Source: Utricularia gibba
Taxonomy: Eukaryota > Plantae > Magnoliophyta
Reading direction: 5' to 3'
Length of the DNA: 64,000 nt
Assembly (NCBI GenBank): GCA_002189035.1
Contig: CM007992.1
Coordinates: 310,001 to 374,000, forward strand
Within the stretch, counting starts at the first letter, position 1. The number at the start of each line of letters is the position of its first letter. The notes beneath the pieces are model-generated. The model was not told the DNA's origin. It searched no databases and saw only the letters and a program-made list of their open reading frames with translations. Of the stretch, positions 24,786 through 38,879 are shown one piece after another. A program made the position numbers and the translations under genes.

Positions 24786-27061
24786 TCATCGTCTATGCAT
24801 CGTTCTGATGAGAGCCGTTACCTCTTCGATCTGCTGTTGGGTGGAGCAGGAAGACAACAGAACTCTTGCAGTTCCTCCATCAGGGTAACAGCCACTGTCG
24901 ATCATCTCCTCGAATATCTCCAGACATCTGTTGAACCGTTTCTTCCGGGAGTACCCACCCAATCGAGAAGTCCATGTAACCACATCTGCCTCCAAGTTCT
25001 TGCTCTCAACGCACGAGAAAACTTCTTCCATTTTGTCGATGAAGCCGGCTTGGCCGTAGATGTTGATCAAGATGTTGTAAGTGCTGATATCTGGGGTGCA
25101 TGCTCCATTCTCCATTGCAGACAACAGTTGCTCCATTTTGTCGAATTGACCTAAACGGCCGTACAAGTTGAGCATGGTGTTGAGGATGAAGGTGTCCGGT
25201 TGGAGGCCGATTTTTTGCATGTCGCTGAGTATCGCTTCGCATTTCGACAGGTTACTCTGTTTTGCATAGGCTGATAACAGCAGCATGTGGGATTTCATGG
25301 TGGGTTCGATGTGCAGGCGCTTCATTTCGTCGAAAACGGCTTGTGCTCCTGGGATGCAGCTTCTGTAAGGAAAAGGGCCTTTCTTTCTTCGGCTTAGTAT
25401 GCTTTGATTGCACTGAAAGTGAAGAGATACCTTCATGGAGACCTGCTCTCCCATAGGCATCAAGAATGATGTTGTAAGATGCTCTGTCTGGGTCACACCC
25501 CATTTGCTGCATCAGGGAGAAGATCTCCGCAGCGCCGTATGGATAGCCGCCTCGGCTGCGAATACATTCCTTGGTGTCCATGGAGAGTGGCAGTGCCTCA
25601 TTAACAAGGGTAGGTAACAGGCTGGTTTGATAGTTACCTGTAAGCTTCGATGAGGGCATTGTAAGCATACACGTCTGGCTCATGCCCTGCCTCCTGGAGT
25701 TGTTCGAAAATCTCTTCTGCTTTTTCGCATAGCCCATCTCTAGCAAATGCATTCATCATGGCAGTGTAAGTGCAGATGTTTGGCTTGCATTTTCGATTCT
25801 GCATCTCGTTGAATACTTCTAAGGCCATATGGGATCTGTTCTCCTGAACCAGGCACAATTTGGTGAACAAGCAGAGGTGCAAACATCAGAAAAGATCCGT
25901 GAACATTCACCTTCCCGTAGATGTTGATGATCATGGTGTAGGTATCAGCATTTGGCTCACAGTTTTCTCTCTTCATTCTCTGGAAGACCGCAAGAGCTTG
26001 CTCAGACTTTCTCCCCTTCACAAGCCCCTCAATGTAAGCATTGTACACGATGGTGCCTAGATCATGACCAAAAGAAACCACTAATGTTTCATCATTTCTC
26101 AGTTTGGGACTCCTCACACTGTTGGCAACATAAAGAAGACATACTTGGCGGAAACCGGTTCCTGCGCATCTCTGCAAAAACAGTTTCGGAATGCCCCACC
26201 AAGCCACACCTACTGTAAGCTTTTAGAAGAAGTGCATATGTGTCTTCTGTGGGAATGCATCGAGCTTCAAGAAGCTCATGGTAAGTGGATTCTGCCTTCT
26301 TGAAGTTCAGTTTTTGTCCAAACGCCTCTATCAGAAGATTGTAGCAAATCACATCAGGCCTATATCGGCTCCTCCCCAGTATCCACTCACACACCTGAAA
26401 ATGTGCAGGTTCAACTTCACAGAACCGGAGGAGCAAGAATGGAGAACCTGTTATGTACCAGTATTATAGAATCCCATTCTTTGCTGAGACGAAAGCGAAC
26501 GCACAAGCTGATCAGATCGTCCCAAGTTGTGTTTGTGGGAGCCAGTCTGTCTAATGAAGGCCATACTTTAGCAGCATCTTCCTCCTCCTGAACAAAGCTG
26601 AAGATCTCCTGTGCAGCAGGGCTTAACACCGGGAAGATTCCATCAACAAATCCGGAACCATATTTCCATCCTCGCCCCCTCAGCGAACCACCTGCACAAC
26701 AATGAAGGCTCTTCAGGTACAGAACCATAGAGAAACTGTGGACCCAATGACTGGATTTTCTTTTTCACAGCAACTAGTCTGGAGAAGGGATGTACACCTT
26801 TTTTCCTAGAAACCTTTTTGTGATCGAAGTGTCTGAATCTGCCATCTTTGTCAATGTAAAAGCTGTCCTTTTTCAACTCCGCAGACTCAGGGGCTCCATC
26901 TTTGGCTCTGCACTTGAAGCCACACTCGTAGTTTCTTACCTTCGTAGTAAGGTAATTTGTGGGGCATTTGACAGACAACCTGCAGAATGAAAATCGAATC
27001 TTTGTGATGAAAAGAAACAGAATGGAGCGAAAGTTAGGAGATGAAACAGGGGGGTTTACAT
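24786..27061 (-). CDS. Multi-exon P-class pentatricopeptide repeat protein (At2g35130-like)
   Basis: GSLRGRGWKYGSGFVDGIFPVLSP, WDDLI, VCEWIL, followed by tandem PPR motifs (PDVICYNLLIEAFGQ, PNICTYTAMMNAFARDG, PDVYAYNALIEAYSR). Start inferred as AT|G across intron 27059-26980. Confidence 0.9.
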
Positions 27062-27261
27062 GAAAGCTTCTGTGGAAGCTAATGGTGAAGAAGAACTGGA
27101 AGGGAAGAAGATAACATGAGAAGCGCGGCCCACGTATCATCTTTTGTGATCAAATTTTTTATTATTTTTTCTCGCCAAGAAAATTAAATTACAAAATAAA
27201 AACTAAAACTTTAAGCCAGCTCCCTTCATTTCAAACCAGGACCAGAGCAAAACGGTAACTC

Positions 27262-27724
27262 AGATGGCTCTTTGAGACTGTCGGCGTCTTCCTCCGCCAC
27301 CTTCCGACGGGAACCGTCTTCCTCTTCGGATTTATCGGCCAGTTTGATAAGGTGGCTGGCTCCTATCAGGTGTTGTGATCGTGTTCTATGGCCTTAGCTG
27401 CTTCATTTCTACGTTCACTGATAATCACACCGACGGTGAAGGGAAAAAGCGGCGCGGATCGCAACGAACGTCGGGATGTGGCCTGGCCCCCATGGAGAAG
27501 ACCTGTCACTTTACAGACTCAGAGTTGGAGATTTCATGCAAGCATTTTTTGCTTTGATAGTTTTTCATCTTGTGGCCCTTCGAATTTCATGGGTATCTCT
27601 TGTCGAAGCAGTAGGTCCTGATCAGGGTGCTGCCTCCGGTGATCGGATCAGCTGCCCGACAATATTCTTCATGTTTCCTAACATAAACCATGATACAGGA
27701 CACCCATCCTCCATAGAGATCTGA
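27262..27724 (+). pseudogene. DMP (DUF679) membrane protein pseudogene
   Basis: Motifs distributed over all three frames: LPTGTVFLF / GLSCFISTFTD..DGEGK / GMWP..DLSLYRLRVGDFMQAFFALIVF / VLPPVIG (preceded by TAG) / FFMFPNINHDTGHP. Confidence 0.82.
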
Positions 27725-28090
27725 TCCAGAATCTACAGGCTAAAATCGTGCAAAATGTCAAGTGTAGATTATGTTGCATGTCAGTGGTGTTTGATTAGAA
27801 GAAGAACGAAGTGGTTCCAACGGTCGAGATCTTCAAAGATATCGTGATGAGCAACATTGCTTCATGGGATTGTGTTAAGCATAATATGAGGAGCACCTGT
27901 ACGTTATCAGAAACAAACGAGTTTATTCCATGAAACAGGGAACTGATGTACAGATCAAGGCTGTACACAAGTCCTTCTCTTCTTCCTTTTCTGGTTCTTT
28001 GTGGTTTGCATCCATCAAAACAAAACATTTATGGTGATACCATCATCACACACCATTATTGAGTAACCTGTTGCACAAGGAACAAAACAC

Positions 28091-31016
28091 TCATGAGACA
28101 GCATAGCGTACACAGATGCGTCTCTCAATTGGGCTTCGGCACGAGGGGCAGTACTGCATTCCCTTCTTCTCATGGAGCTCATTGCACATGGTGCAGACCA
28201 CTTGATGAGCACAAGGCAGGAAAACAACAGACATCTCCTCTGACAAGCACATTACACATTCCCTTTCTCGTTTCACACTCCAGATGTCTTGGGAGTAGGT
28301 GTTGGCGACTGGCCTTGAAGCACTGGAGAGAGATGAATCTTTGACGGGTGGAGTCTCCGTGGCGTATGTGGCCTTCGAGGAATAACTGCCATCTATGCCT
28401 CTTCTAAGTTCGGCTATTCTTGATGAGTCAGTCCTCAACCGGATCAGGGAAATTTCTTTCTCAAGCCTCTCAATGTCTTCTTTGTACTTCTGTAGGTTGC
28501 TTTCAGCTGTTGATTTGATTGCTTCTTCCTTGGACCGGGTTGATGCTTCAATTTGTTCCCGTTCTTTCTGAACATGAGTAACCTGTGCCAGCAAATCATC
28601 CTTTGCCTTCTGTTCCTGATCCAATTTACCCTGTAACATAAAACACAGCAACGTGAATGTACTAATCGGTGCTGCAAGCTGAAACCACTTTTGTCCCATA
28701 GTTTAATGCAACAAAAAAGGTAGAAACTGATAGTTGAATGTAGTTCAAGGGCTATATTATGCTCTTTCTCTTGCAAGCTTACCCCTAGATCAGCTCAAAT
28801 ACGTTTCAACAAGGTTCCCATCTATGACCAAGAAAATAGCATACCTCAACGTGAGCTAGAGAACTTTTTGCTACCAATAGGAGCTGCTGGATATGCATTA
28901 GATTCATGTTTTCAGCTGAAAGGTCCTCTTGGAGAATTTTCTTCTGCTTCTCCCATGACTGAATTTCCATCAGAGTCTTCTTTTCCCTCTCTGCCGCCTC
29001 ATGACAATTCGCAGCTGATTTTGCAGCGTATAATTTTGAATTCTCCATTTCTCTCCTCAACAAAATATTCTCAGATTCAAGCCTTCGCACGGCAGCAGTT
29101 GCTCGTTCCACCTGCCCACTGGCCTTACTCAGAGCATTTTTCATCTCAGAAAGCTTTTTTGAGGTATTCTCCTCCAATGCTAGCTTTTCTTTCTTCAGCC
29201 TCTCCACTTCTTCCTTCTCTTGCCTAAGAGTTTTTAGCTCTGCTTTGTCCTTTCCCAGTCTTCGAGCCGCCTGCATGATCTTCTGATTTGCCCACTCCGT
29301 CCATTCTTGTACCTGATCCTGTAATGCTCTGGCTCTAGGCACTAGCTTCATGATTATCTCCTCCTTTCTGTCATGGGAAAGCCACTGCCTAAGAGACTTG
29401 GCATCCGAGGAACTAAGGAACTCCGGATTAGGAACCTCAACATTGCAGCCCACAGGCATTGCTGCATCGATTCTTTTGGCAGGGAATGACAAAGAGAGCT
29501 CAGTGTCAGCAGCAGGTAATGATGGAACAGTGTTAACAGGGAACATATTCGCATTAGATGAGATATTTGATGTGTGCAAGGAAGAGTGGAGCTCGCCATT
29601 GTCAAGACCAAATGCTGGTGTAGCAGATAATCCATTGGTTGCAGGAAGTGTACGATTATCACTCTCCTGTGGCAAATCTAATCCAACTCCCTTGTTACTA
29701 CTGAAAGGTGCATTCTTAGAATTTAAGCCAGTGGACTCTGCAACCCCTTTAAGCTTCTTATCCAAAGTGAGGCCACCAAAACAGCTGAGTCTGCTGCCAT
29801 TTCTGAGAGCACTTTTAGAACCATAAGAGCGGTAGTGCTTCTCAAGGTGCATCGACTTCTGACGCAATATGTGATCTCTTTTGGCAATCCCAGAAACTTT
29901 TCTATTGCTCGAAGTTTTCTCATCGGCACCTGAAGCATGGGATGTTCCTCCTACACTGAAAGTCTTCTCCTTAAGGCTTGGGGAAAAATTTTGAGACTCA
30001 TTTTCAGGAACTTGTCCATTCAAACTGAAAGACGACTTCAGAGACAAGTTGGAACCACCTGCTGTCTTAAGTGCCTCAGAATGAAAGTTATGCACACTTT
30101 GCAATGAAGCCGAGTTCGAAGGTGCTGAAGGGAAACCATAGGCATGATCATTTGTCTTAAAGGGAACTGCATTACCAAGATCAAAACTTTTGGGATCTGT
30201 TTTTGGATGGGGAGCAGTGACAATAACACTCGTCGCATCAGAGGGCCTATCACTCAGAAAACTGCCTAAAGAATCGCAATCCATGGCACAAGCATGCGAG
30301 ATGTTCATGTCGCATATCAGCAAGCACCACATTGCATCACCAGTGCTGAAGAAGGGGCGGACCTCCCTTAAAAGACAAACCAACTCTGCCAATATATATT
30401 TCTCCATCTGTTGCAAATCCTCGAAGGGGTGGTCCGCAGAAGGTCCAATTTCTTGGCCACTACTAAGGAATGCCAATGTATTCTCTGCTAAATTTGACAC
30501 TGTGTCTTTACACCCATACCAAAGTCCAGGACGCAGAATGGCCTTAGTAGCAACATCTTCACTGTAACCACTAGCAACTATTTTCTTGATTGCACTCCTG
30601 AAAATTGTGTCCAGGTTGCTCAAAACAATACCTTCTAGCTCAGATTCTGTAACGTCACTCCAATCAGCATCATGAAAATCGTCAGTAGATGCATCCATCT
30701 CCTCTCGAGGCTGGCTCATGCCTGCTTCAGATGTTGCCATAGAACAAGACAAACCAAGGTCAAGTTTCAAAAGTTCAGAGTTGTCTTGGTTCAAACAACA
30801 TACGTCACATCTACTGTGCCCATGGTTCTCAAACTTTTCAGCTGTAAATTCAAAACTGCCTCGTTCATTTAGGGGCGAAGGGGTAGCCTTCATGGGATCC
30901 GCCAGTGGTGGATCTGCCCGGAATTTTCTCTTATTCCGACTCCCTTTATCTTGCATAGTGATCGCAGAAATTTGTGAGGGATTACTGCTACAGGCCTTGG
31001 CAATCATCGACGCCAT
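28091..31016 (-). CDS. Putative RING E3 ubiquitin ligase, RF298/RF4-like
   Basis: MASMIAKAC..DKGSRNKRKFRADPP, DWSDVTESELE, long coiled coil and C-terminal RING (RERECVMCLSEEMSVVFLPCAHQVVCTMCNELHEKKGMQYCPSCR); exons 31016-28844 and 28630-28091. Confidence 0.93.
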
Positions 31017-32865
31017 ATTTACCCTGCACATATAAGGCATTCACCAATTCCTAAATTAACAATGAACTTCGTGGAGTACAATCAAACAAAACTTGGATAT
31101 CATGAATAAACACATCTGATCATCACGGATGAATGAGCAATCAAAACACCACCTATACATCAGCAAACTAGCTAACACACTGCTAAAATTTGTGGCACCA
31201 ATTGCATCTCACTGAAAACTACTGCCGAGAGATACAGAAACATTTTCAGAATTGAAAACTGCAAGAACTCAATGACCGCAAAGAAAAACAACCCGGGTGC
31301 AAGGAAAAAAAATTCCTGATCACAATATCCTCAACATCTCGATTTACCCCCCATCGCAAGATCGATATAGCAACAAATGGAGAAAGCCCAGAGTCCCAAA
31401 ACGCAAATCGAATCATGATAACCATCGTGAGGATCCATGAGAAGAAATCGATCAAATTTATAGCTTTTTCAACAATCCTTGCCACACTCGAACCATCCAT
31501 TCCTACCGTAATCAACTTTACAGTAATCGAACGATGTACAAAACTAGAAGAGGCGACAGTAGTCAGATTATGAATACGGATAGCAGTCTCTGGCTGCTCC
31601 GTTTTCCCCTTTCGTTCTCTCTTCTCTTCACCCTTCTCAATTCTCTCACCTTTTTTTCACCATTATATATATACCAATTAGAATAACTGCCTCTGGAAGA
31701 GCATTCAATGCCCATCTCGAAATTGCGGGGATATTAAAAATGAAAACACCATTAATTCATCCGCTTACTGTTCTTCCCATTAAGGCTGAGCTTGAGTTTG
31801 TCATTATCTACCCTAAGCAGTGAAAAGAATATTGCCAAACTCTAGTAAAGATCAAATTTTGGTTTTGCATTCCATTATGGCAGACACTGACAACGACGGA
31901 GATTGAATTTAATGCGAAAATGCCATGATCCAAGTTAATCAATACATGATTTGCAGCGGCTATATATTATCTAGAGCGTTTTGGTTTCCTCTCCATAGCC
32001 CACCAAATTTCATCAGACAAATCATCAGCACGCGCGCAGTGGAATGTGGGTTCAATTTGGGAGTGAAAAAAACTGAACTTTCTGGTCGCCGGATGGCGCC
32101 GGGCCATACTCGATTCCACGGCCGCCGCCGCCGGGTTGTTACTTGAGATTATGTTCTGATGTCTCACTTTCACCCGGGAAGAGGGGAATACACAGTTTAT
32201 TATTGTGTTGGACCGATCTCCCTTTCAAACTCTGCACCAGCGTCAAAAGACGCAAACGAAGACCAATTCAGAAAAGAAAATGAGGAAAATTATTATGTTG
32301 TAACGGTAGGGCTTGTGATGCAATTCCTCTGTCCGCTTCGTTTGTGTTTGAGTTTCGGTGCTCCGTGAGCTTCTCTCGATTTGGCTGTACAATGCCAGAT
32401 CTTTGCATCCATTGCAGAGGAGCAAAAACTGATCAAACTCATGGAGATTTAGAGGTCCCATCTGCGGGAATTGTGTGAGCTTTATTCTGCATCGGCAAAA
32501 TTCGACAGGTAAACCTCTACTTCTTAATGTTCACTTGAGTTAACGCTTTGGTATATATTCATGTTTCTCTGTTATGGTTCTCGGGGTCTTTCGCTTGGAG
32601 ATTCAACTCATCGGTGGTTATCAAATGAAAGATTGTTGTTTTTTTATACCTTTTTTACTTGCACGATGGAAATGTTGGCTTTTGATTCTGATAGAATGTT
32701 GTCGTATGGTTAGGCTGTTAATTCCTAATCCCAATCTCTCGTAGATTATTGATGATGCATGCAGATCCTGATACGATTAGGGAAGCTTCAGGGCAGAAGC
32801 AGCAGCAGTAAGTGTTTCAACTTTCAAAGAACAATGGCTGTTCAGATGATGATACAGAGTCTACG

Positions 32866-33044
32866 ATGGAACCACACGCGGGTAGAGTTTGATTCCGCTG
32901 GGGAGGCACAAGAATTTTTCAATCTTTATGCATCAGAGGTTAGGTTCAAAAGGAGGAATGGCAACTTTGAAGATCAAGAACTGATGGTTCAGTAATCTCA
33001 GGAAGATTTGCGTGTTCAAGGGAGGGATTTCAAACAAATTGGAG
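32866..33044 (+). pseudogene. Frameshifted FAR1 DNA-binding-domain fragment (FRS7/FRS12-like)
   Basis: EPHAG / EFDSAGEAQEFFNLYASEVRF / RSRTDGSVISGRFACSREGFQ in successive frames; homology stops before the GC..HNH half of the domain. Confidence 0.75.
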
Positions 33045-33822
33045 CCCAAAATTTTAAAACAGGAAACTGAATACCATATTATCAAGATCAAATTTTGACA
33101 ACTCCCATCTACGAGAATCATATCTATTTCGGTAGCAACAGGATCAAAATTTCAGATTTTGGCACTATACACGTCTCTCCAACTCGTAAGATGATTCGAG
33201 TTTGTTGAATACCATGTGTCCATTAACTGCCGCTGCCGGATGAAGTGATCCTACAACGAGGTTCTTGGGGTTGATGTAGGAGATTTTAAGTAGGAGTTGC
33301 CAGGTTGCTGCCTTCAATAGGCCAGCTCTGTAGGCCATAGTGGATAGTGGACCACTTGTTGATGCATTCAACGATTCCTTTACTGTCTCAATTTACTGAT
33401 GTCGAACAACACCTCAACACTACCAGGTAGAGTCAGCCAGCCTCATTTGGTTGACTATTGGAATCAATTAAAAATGAAACAGAAACTCCTGATGGTGGTC
33501 ATTATTTTTCAAGTTTTAATTTTTTTTATCTTTTGTGATATAAAACGGGAAAAATGGCTCTAGACAAAAAGGTAATACAGACAACACGGCAGTTCTTGAT
33601 TGCTGTCATATGTTGGCGAACGAGATGTTCACTTAAATCGAAATATAGTCAGCAGTATCTGTTTCCTTTTTGAGAAAGCAACTTGCAATTTGTGTTCGTC
33701 ACTTTTATTTCTGATTCTCGAGGGACGGGAAATCGCTATTTTGCGCGGTGTTTGCCCGTTTGTTTGTTTTCTCGAAGAAAAGAAGGTGGGTGGTGAAGAA
33801 GATCTTGCTTGACTTGAATCTC

Positions 33823-36800
33823 TATGGAACAGCTTATTAACTTTATAATAAGACCTCCAAGGTAAGATCTTTCGGATCAATTTCGCTCTTTTCATCCTTC
33901 TTCTCTTTTTTATTTCGAAAATTATTGCTTTGCGCCGCGGCGCTAGCGTTCCACTTTGAAGTTTTTGCACCTTGATTCCCATACGTGGTGGGTAATTTTT
34001 TCGTTCCAACTTGACATTTCTGTACTAGCGAAGGGAATGTTTGTTTATGTACCTAAATCCTCGATGCTTTATGATTATAGAGCTGAATACAACCCAAAAG
34101 ATGATTTATTGGATCAGGAGTTCATGCTGAAAGGCAAGTGGTATCAGAGGAGAGATTTGGAGGTTAGAGGCCCAATATGCCCTTTGATGTGTTTATCCAT
34201 CCTTTTCTAAAGTGTAACTTAGTTGTATCTTGTAGGTTGTAAATAAGCGAGGCGATACTCTCCACTGTAGTCATTACAAACCTATTATACCTCCTGAAGG
34301 AAAAACTCTCCCCTGTGTAATCTATTGCCATGGAAATAGGTTGGTTGCTTTGCCTATTACACGTTTTGTTGCTGCTGTCTGATTTTGTGAATTCTGTAGG
34401 CTATCAATCTGTGTGATGTGTTTTCTGTGTTATGTAACAGTTAGAAGTTGCAATGGTGTTATTTTCCCTTTGATTCCGCATTTTAGTTGCTTCAAACTTT
34501 GATGTATCTGTTCTTCAGTGGGTGTCGAACTGATGCCAGCGAAGCTGCTGTTATACTGTTGCCATCAAACATCACAGTCTTTGCTCTTGATTTTTCTGGC
34601 TCTGGACTGTCTGGTGGTGAGCATGTAACTCTGGGATGGAATGAAGTAAGCAGCATACTCATGATTGTATCTCACTATTAGTAAAATCTCCTCTGGTAAT
34701 AATTCCTTCAGGCCAGTAAAAAGTACTTCATATTATATTTCTTTGGTCTTGATTTTGCAGAAGGATGATCTCAGAGCAGTGGTTGACTACCTTCGGGAGG
34801 ATGGCAATGTGTCTTTAATTGGCTTGTGGGGACGATCCATGGGTGCTGTGACCAGGTATCAGACATGTTTTCCTTGTGAATCACATTCTGATATCTAAAT
34901 CCCCCCAAAATTCCTGGGTCTAAAATCTACTTGAAGTTGAAATAAGGTGGAGATAGAATGAATTCATTACTTTATGTGATGACTCCTTCAGTATTTTGTT
35001 CTACGCTGTTGATTTTTACTGCACTCGGATATTCATTATGTTGATTTTTTGGGCTGTTAACTCGAAAAAAGAAAATTTAATTAGTCATAGCACCTTCTAT
35101 CTTCAGCCTGATGTATGGAGCTGATGATCCTTCAATTGCTGGAATGGTTTTGGACAGCCCCTTCTCTGATTTGCTTGACTTGATGATGGAGCTTGTTGAC
35201 GCATACAAAGTCCGTGTTCCAAAGTTCACCGTAAGTGTAAACTATAATTTTTTGAATTTCATGAGCATGCTTTTTGCCAAACTTAATGTTGCATGATCAT
35301 GTCCGAACAGATTTTGTCTCTTCACTTTTTGTAACTTTTAGGTTAAGTTTGTGATCCAATACATGAGAAGGTCAATCCAGAAAAAAGCAAATTTCGACAT
35401 CACGGATCTGAATGCTGTAAAGGTATCCTCAACATTTGTTGAAGGAGAAGACACTTAATTTTCCAAAGTGATCTATTCCTTCCAAAGCAGAAACTCATTT
35501 TATTTCAGGTTGCAAAAACTTGTTTTGTTCCGGTTCTTATCGGTCATGCCACTGATGATGATTTCATACAACCCCATCATTCTGATCGTATTTATGAGGC
35601 CTACATGGTATATAATCTTCTCATGAAACTTCTCTCTTCCCTCAAATGTGTTGCTTGTAATTTCATGTCTTAGAAATATCTGCCTTGCAGACTCTGAGTG
35701 ATCTACATGACTAGCGACCAGTTCTTTTTTCTTTATTCTGATCAAATTGATATTCATACTCCACAGGGAGACAAAAACATCATTAAATTTGAGGGTGACC
35801 ACAACTCTCCTAGGCCACAGTTTTATTTCGACTCTGTAAGTATTTTCTTCAAGAATGTGTTGCAGCCCCCAGAGGAAGAAGTAGGAAGTGATTATTTTGA
35901 CTTATCTAATGAGTACTTTAACCAGGTAAGTCGAATGATCCTCTATTTTTATGAACAGTCATTGTGATTATGCTTCATTTAAAGATTACACAAAGTGGTC
36001 TGGTTATTATCTTCAGGGTAGATGGAATTTCCTGCATGGTGTTGAAGCGTCAGATGAATTTTTAGGTACCCTTACTATTTGAAGCTTGTTACAGTGTCCA
36101 CTTGCTTACACTTTTCCAAACTCAGGTGCAGTGGCTAGCAGCACCGAGGCTGCCATTAGGCAGCTTCGATCTCGGAGACCTATGAGTTCCACAGTGGTAA
36201 CAGTTATACTTAAAACATCTGGTCTTGGCAATTGGGTTTCATACTGCATTGATTCAGAGAAGAATTCATAGTAAATTAAAGAATTCTAGTTCACTTTTCA
36301 GGTTCCTGCAGATATTTCATCAGACAGTCAACCTGGCTCTCAGGTGCCTGAAACTTCCTGTGACCTGTCTGGTGATCCATTCCTGAAGCAGTTCTAAAGC
36401 AGTTTCTTGTATGCTTTTGTGCAGACTGAAACCAAAAAAGATGATTCAAATCCATCACCTTCTAATATGATCGATTTTGAGTTCTCAAGAGGTGGCCTCC
36501 AGAGTTCTTATGTGCCTGATTCAGATGATGATGAGTATGTAGAGTACCCTCTTGACTCCCTGGGTGATTTCCCTTCCAATGTTGAAGAAGAAGAAAGGGT
36601 AAGTTAGTTGAAATCTAACTTCCCCCACCCGAAAAGAATGACGAATTATTCGTATTTGATAACAACACAATGGTTGGATTTCTAAATTTTTCAGATGCTC
36701 ATGAAAGCAGTTATGGAGTCGCTGAAGGATCTGGAGGTGGCCGCGTCCTCAGTAGTGGAACAATCTTCTTACAAAGACCTGAACACAGAACCAAAACCAG

Positions 36801-37206
36801 AGAAGGATGGTTCTGTTTCCGCTGTGGCAGATGACTTGCCGGAAGCGGAGGCCACTCCCTCTTCAGCATCCACACATAATCCATCTTTACACGCAGAAGC
36901 TCAAGAAGCTTGTGCTTCTAGCAGTACATTGGTATCATCGGCACCAAACTTGGATCATGCTGACTGTAAAGATCATACAAACAGCTCTGAGACTCCAACC
37001 TGCGAGCTTGCTGTCGAGCCAGCTCGAGATCGAGATGCTACTGATGCCACTTCTAGTAGAATTGAGCCCCCACCAGCCAACCACAAGCTGAGATTGATGT
37101 AGCTGGTGGTACAACAGTTAAAGTCGAAGTCGAGAAGAAGGAACCAGCCAACGCCGTCGACGGGCTTTTGCGGCGACTGGATTTCGGTTTCTTCAGGAAC
37201 AGATGA
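33823..37206 (+). CDS. Alpha/beta-hydrolase (MEQLVNFIIRPPRAEY family), with an apparent -1 frameshift in the last exon
   Basis: MEQLINFIIRPPR|AEYNPKDDLL, YCHGN|SGCRTDA, LWGRSMGAVT (nucleophile elbow), GDHNSPRP; the conserved tail GLLRRLDFGFFRNR* is reached only by a frame change near the C5 run at 37067-37071. Confidence 0.9.
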
Positions 37207-37484
37207 TCGGGTGATCAATGGCTCTCTCCGACGACCTGTGAATGATCAGAACTAGGAGAAGGTGATAATGTTGAAGTCCCCTCTCTTGTACTCTGTCCCG
37301 CACAGTGACAGACTCTTCTGATTTGCAACCCATTTTTAAAGGCAAAAATAAGCATAGCTTTCAACAATTTTCTAACACACCGCTGTTGTACTTGTTGAAG
37401 CAAATTCTAGGAGACAAGAAAGCCATGAATTATTGTGCTTGTGATATTCAGGCAAAGCAACTGTTGAAGACGGGGATGCGAGCT

Positions 37485-38752
37485 TCACTTGATATGCTTG
37501 GAAAACCAGTCGAGCAAATCAGCATGTGCTTCATCGGCCCGCTTCACAGCTTCAGCGTCAGCGAGATCATACCGCAAACTCCAGCCATGAGAGACCCCAT
37601 AGAATATCTTGACGAAGCTATCAACCTACAAGATTTGTTCATGTTCTGATTCACGGTTCCATTCCATGGCAGTTATCATTGCAGCTGCATTTCAAGTTGT
37701 AGATGTTTTTTGTACCTCGGGCTTTGAGTTCAGGAAAACTTCGAACTGCTTAACAACCTCTGGTGGTGTTGTGCGATCGATTTCAGCTCCGAGAACTGAT
37801 ATTGGGACCTTAACTCCTGTGAATCATTTACAACTTCGAGTCTGGATCATTAAACTCTTAGGAAGGAACAGAAGTTTTGCAGGCTGACCTTGAATGTCTT
37901 CTACAGTTACTGAAGAAGGATGCAACAAAACTGCTGCTTGGATATAGGAGGTTTCTTTTGCCAACTCAACAACCACTTTGCCTGAAACAAAGACATGAGT
38001 AAATCTCTTATCCCTTTACATAAGAAGTGGATGCCATAAAACACACCTCCCCAGCAGAACCCTGCAGCTCCAACCTTGGATATGCCTTTGGCTTTTATGG
38101 CTTCTACAACTGGTTTCGCATCTTCGAATCCTTTATCCTGTAAAAGTTTTGTTTCTTTTTGATACCCAAGGAGGTTCTATGAAGTTTCTCTGGCACCCAA
38201 TGAGGCATCATTCACTTTGTACCAAAGAAAAATACGTACAGTTCCATGATTCTTACGCCAGTCCACCCTTGGAAGTCCAGGTACATACGGATCTCCAGCA
38301 AAGAAATCGGGCACCACAGTGAAAAATCCAGCCGCCCCAATATTGTCAGCCAGCTTCCTGCGAAAAGATTCAAAAAGAATATTCATTCACCCTTATGTCG
38401 ACAACAAGCAAGAATTAACAGACTACAATATGTACGAAGCTTCCGAAACACAGAGTATTTGCACCAGTGCGGTCACCAAAAGTACCTCAGATTCGGAGCT
38501 TCATATCCTGCGTAGGTTCAATAACGGAACACAACAATTCAAATTCCACCACAAATTTGATTCGAAGAGAAACAAACGCATCACGATCAGATCAATCAAC
38601 GTACCGAAAATATCGGAAACCAGAAGGACAGCACAGTGGGAATCTTCAGGGCCGGAGATGTAGCTACTGAGACCTCCAAAGACCTGAACTTTCCCGGTTC
38701 CCACGGCGGAGCTTAAAGTCGGAGGGTTCTCACAGCACTGTTCTCCCGCCAT
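37485..38752 (-). CDS. Dienelactone hydrolase family protein (endo-1,3;1,4-beta-D-glucanase-like)
   Basis: MAGEQCCENPP, LLVSDIFG, VVPDFFAGDP, GFCWG (Cys nucleophile), GAEID (Asp), VSHGW (His), ends DWFSKHIK*. Confidence 0.93.
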
Positions 38753-38879
38753 AGTTGGTTGCAGTCTGCAGATGACTAGAACAGTCATTTTATGTTACTC
38801 CAGCATCAATATTCAACTAACACACGAAATACCGAAAGCACCCCCACTCTCATCGCGTTATTATTTTACTTATGAGGGC

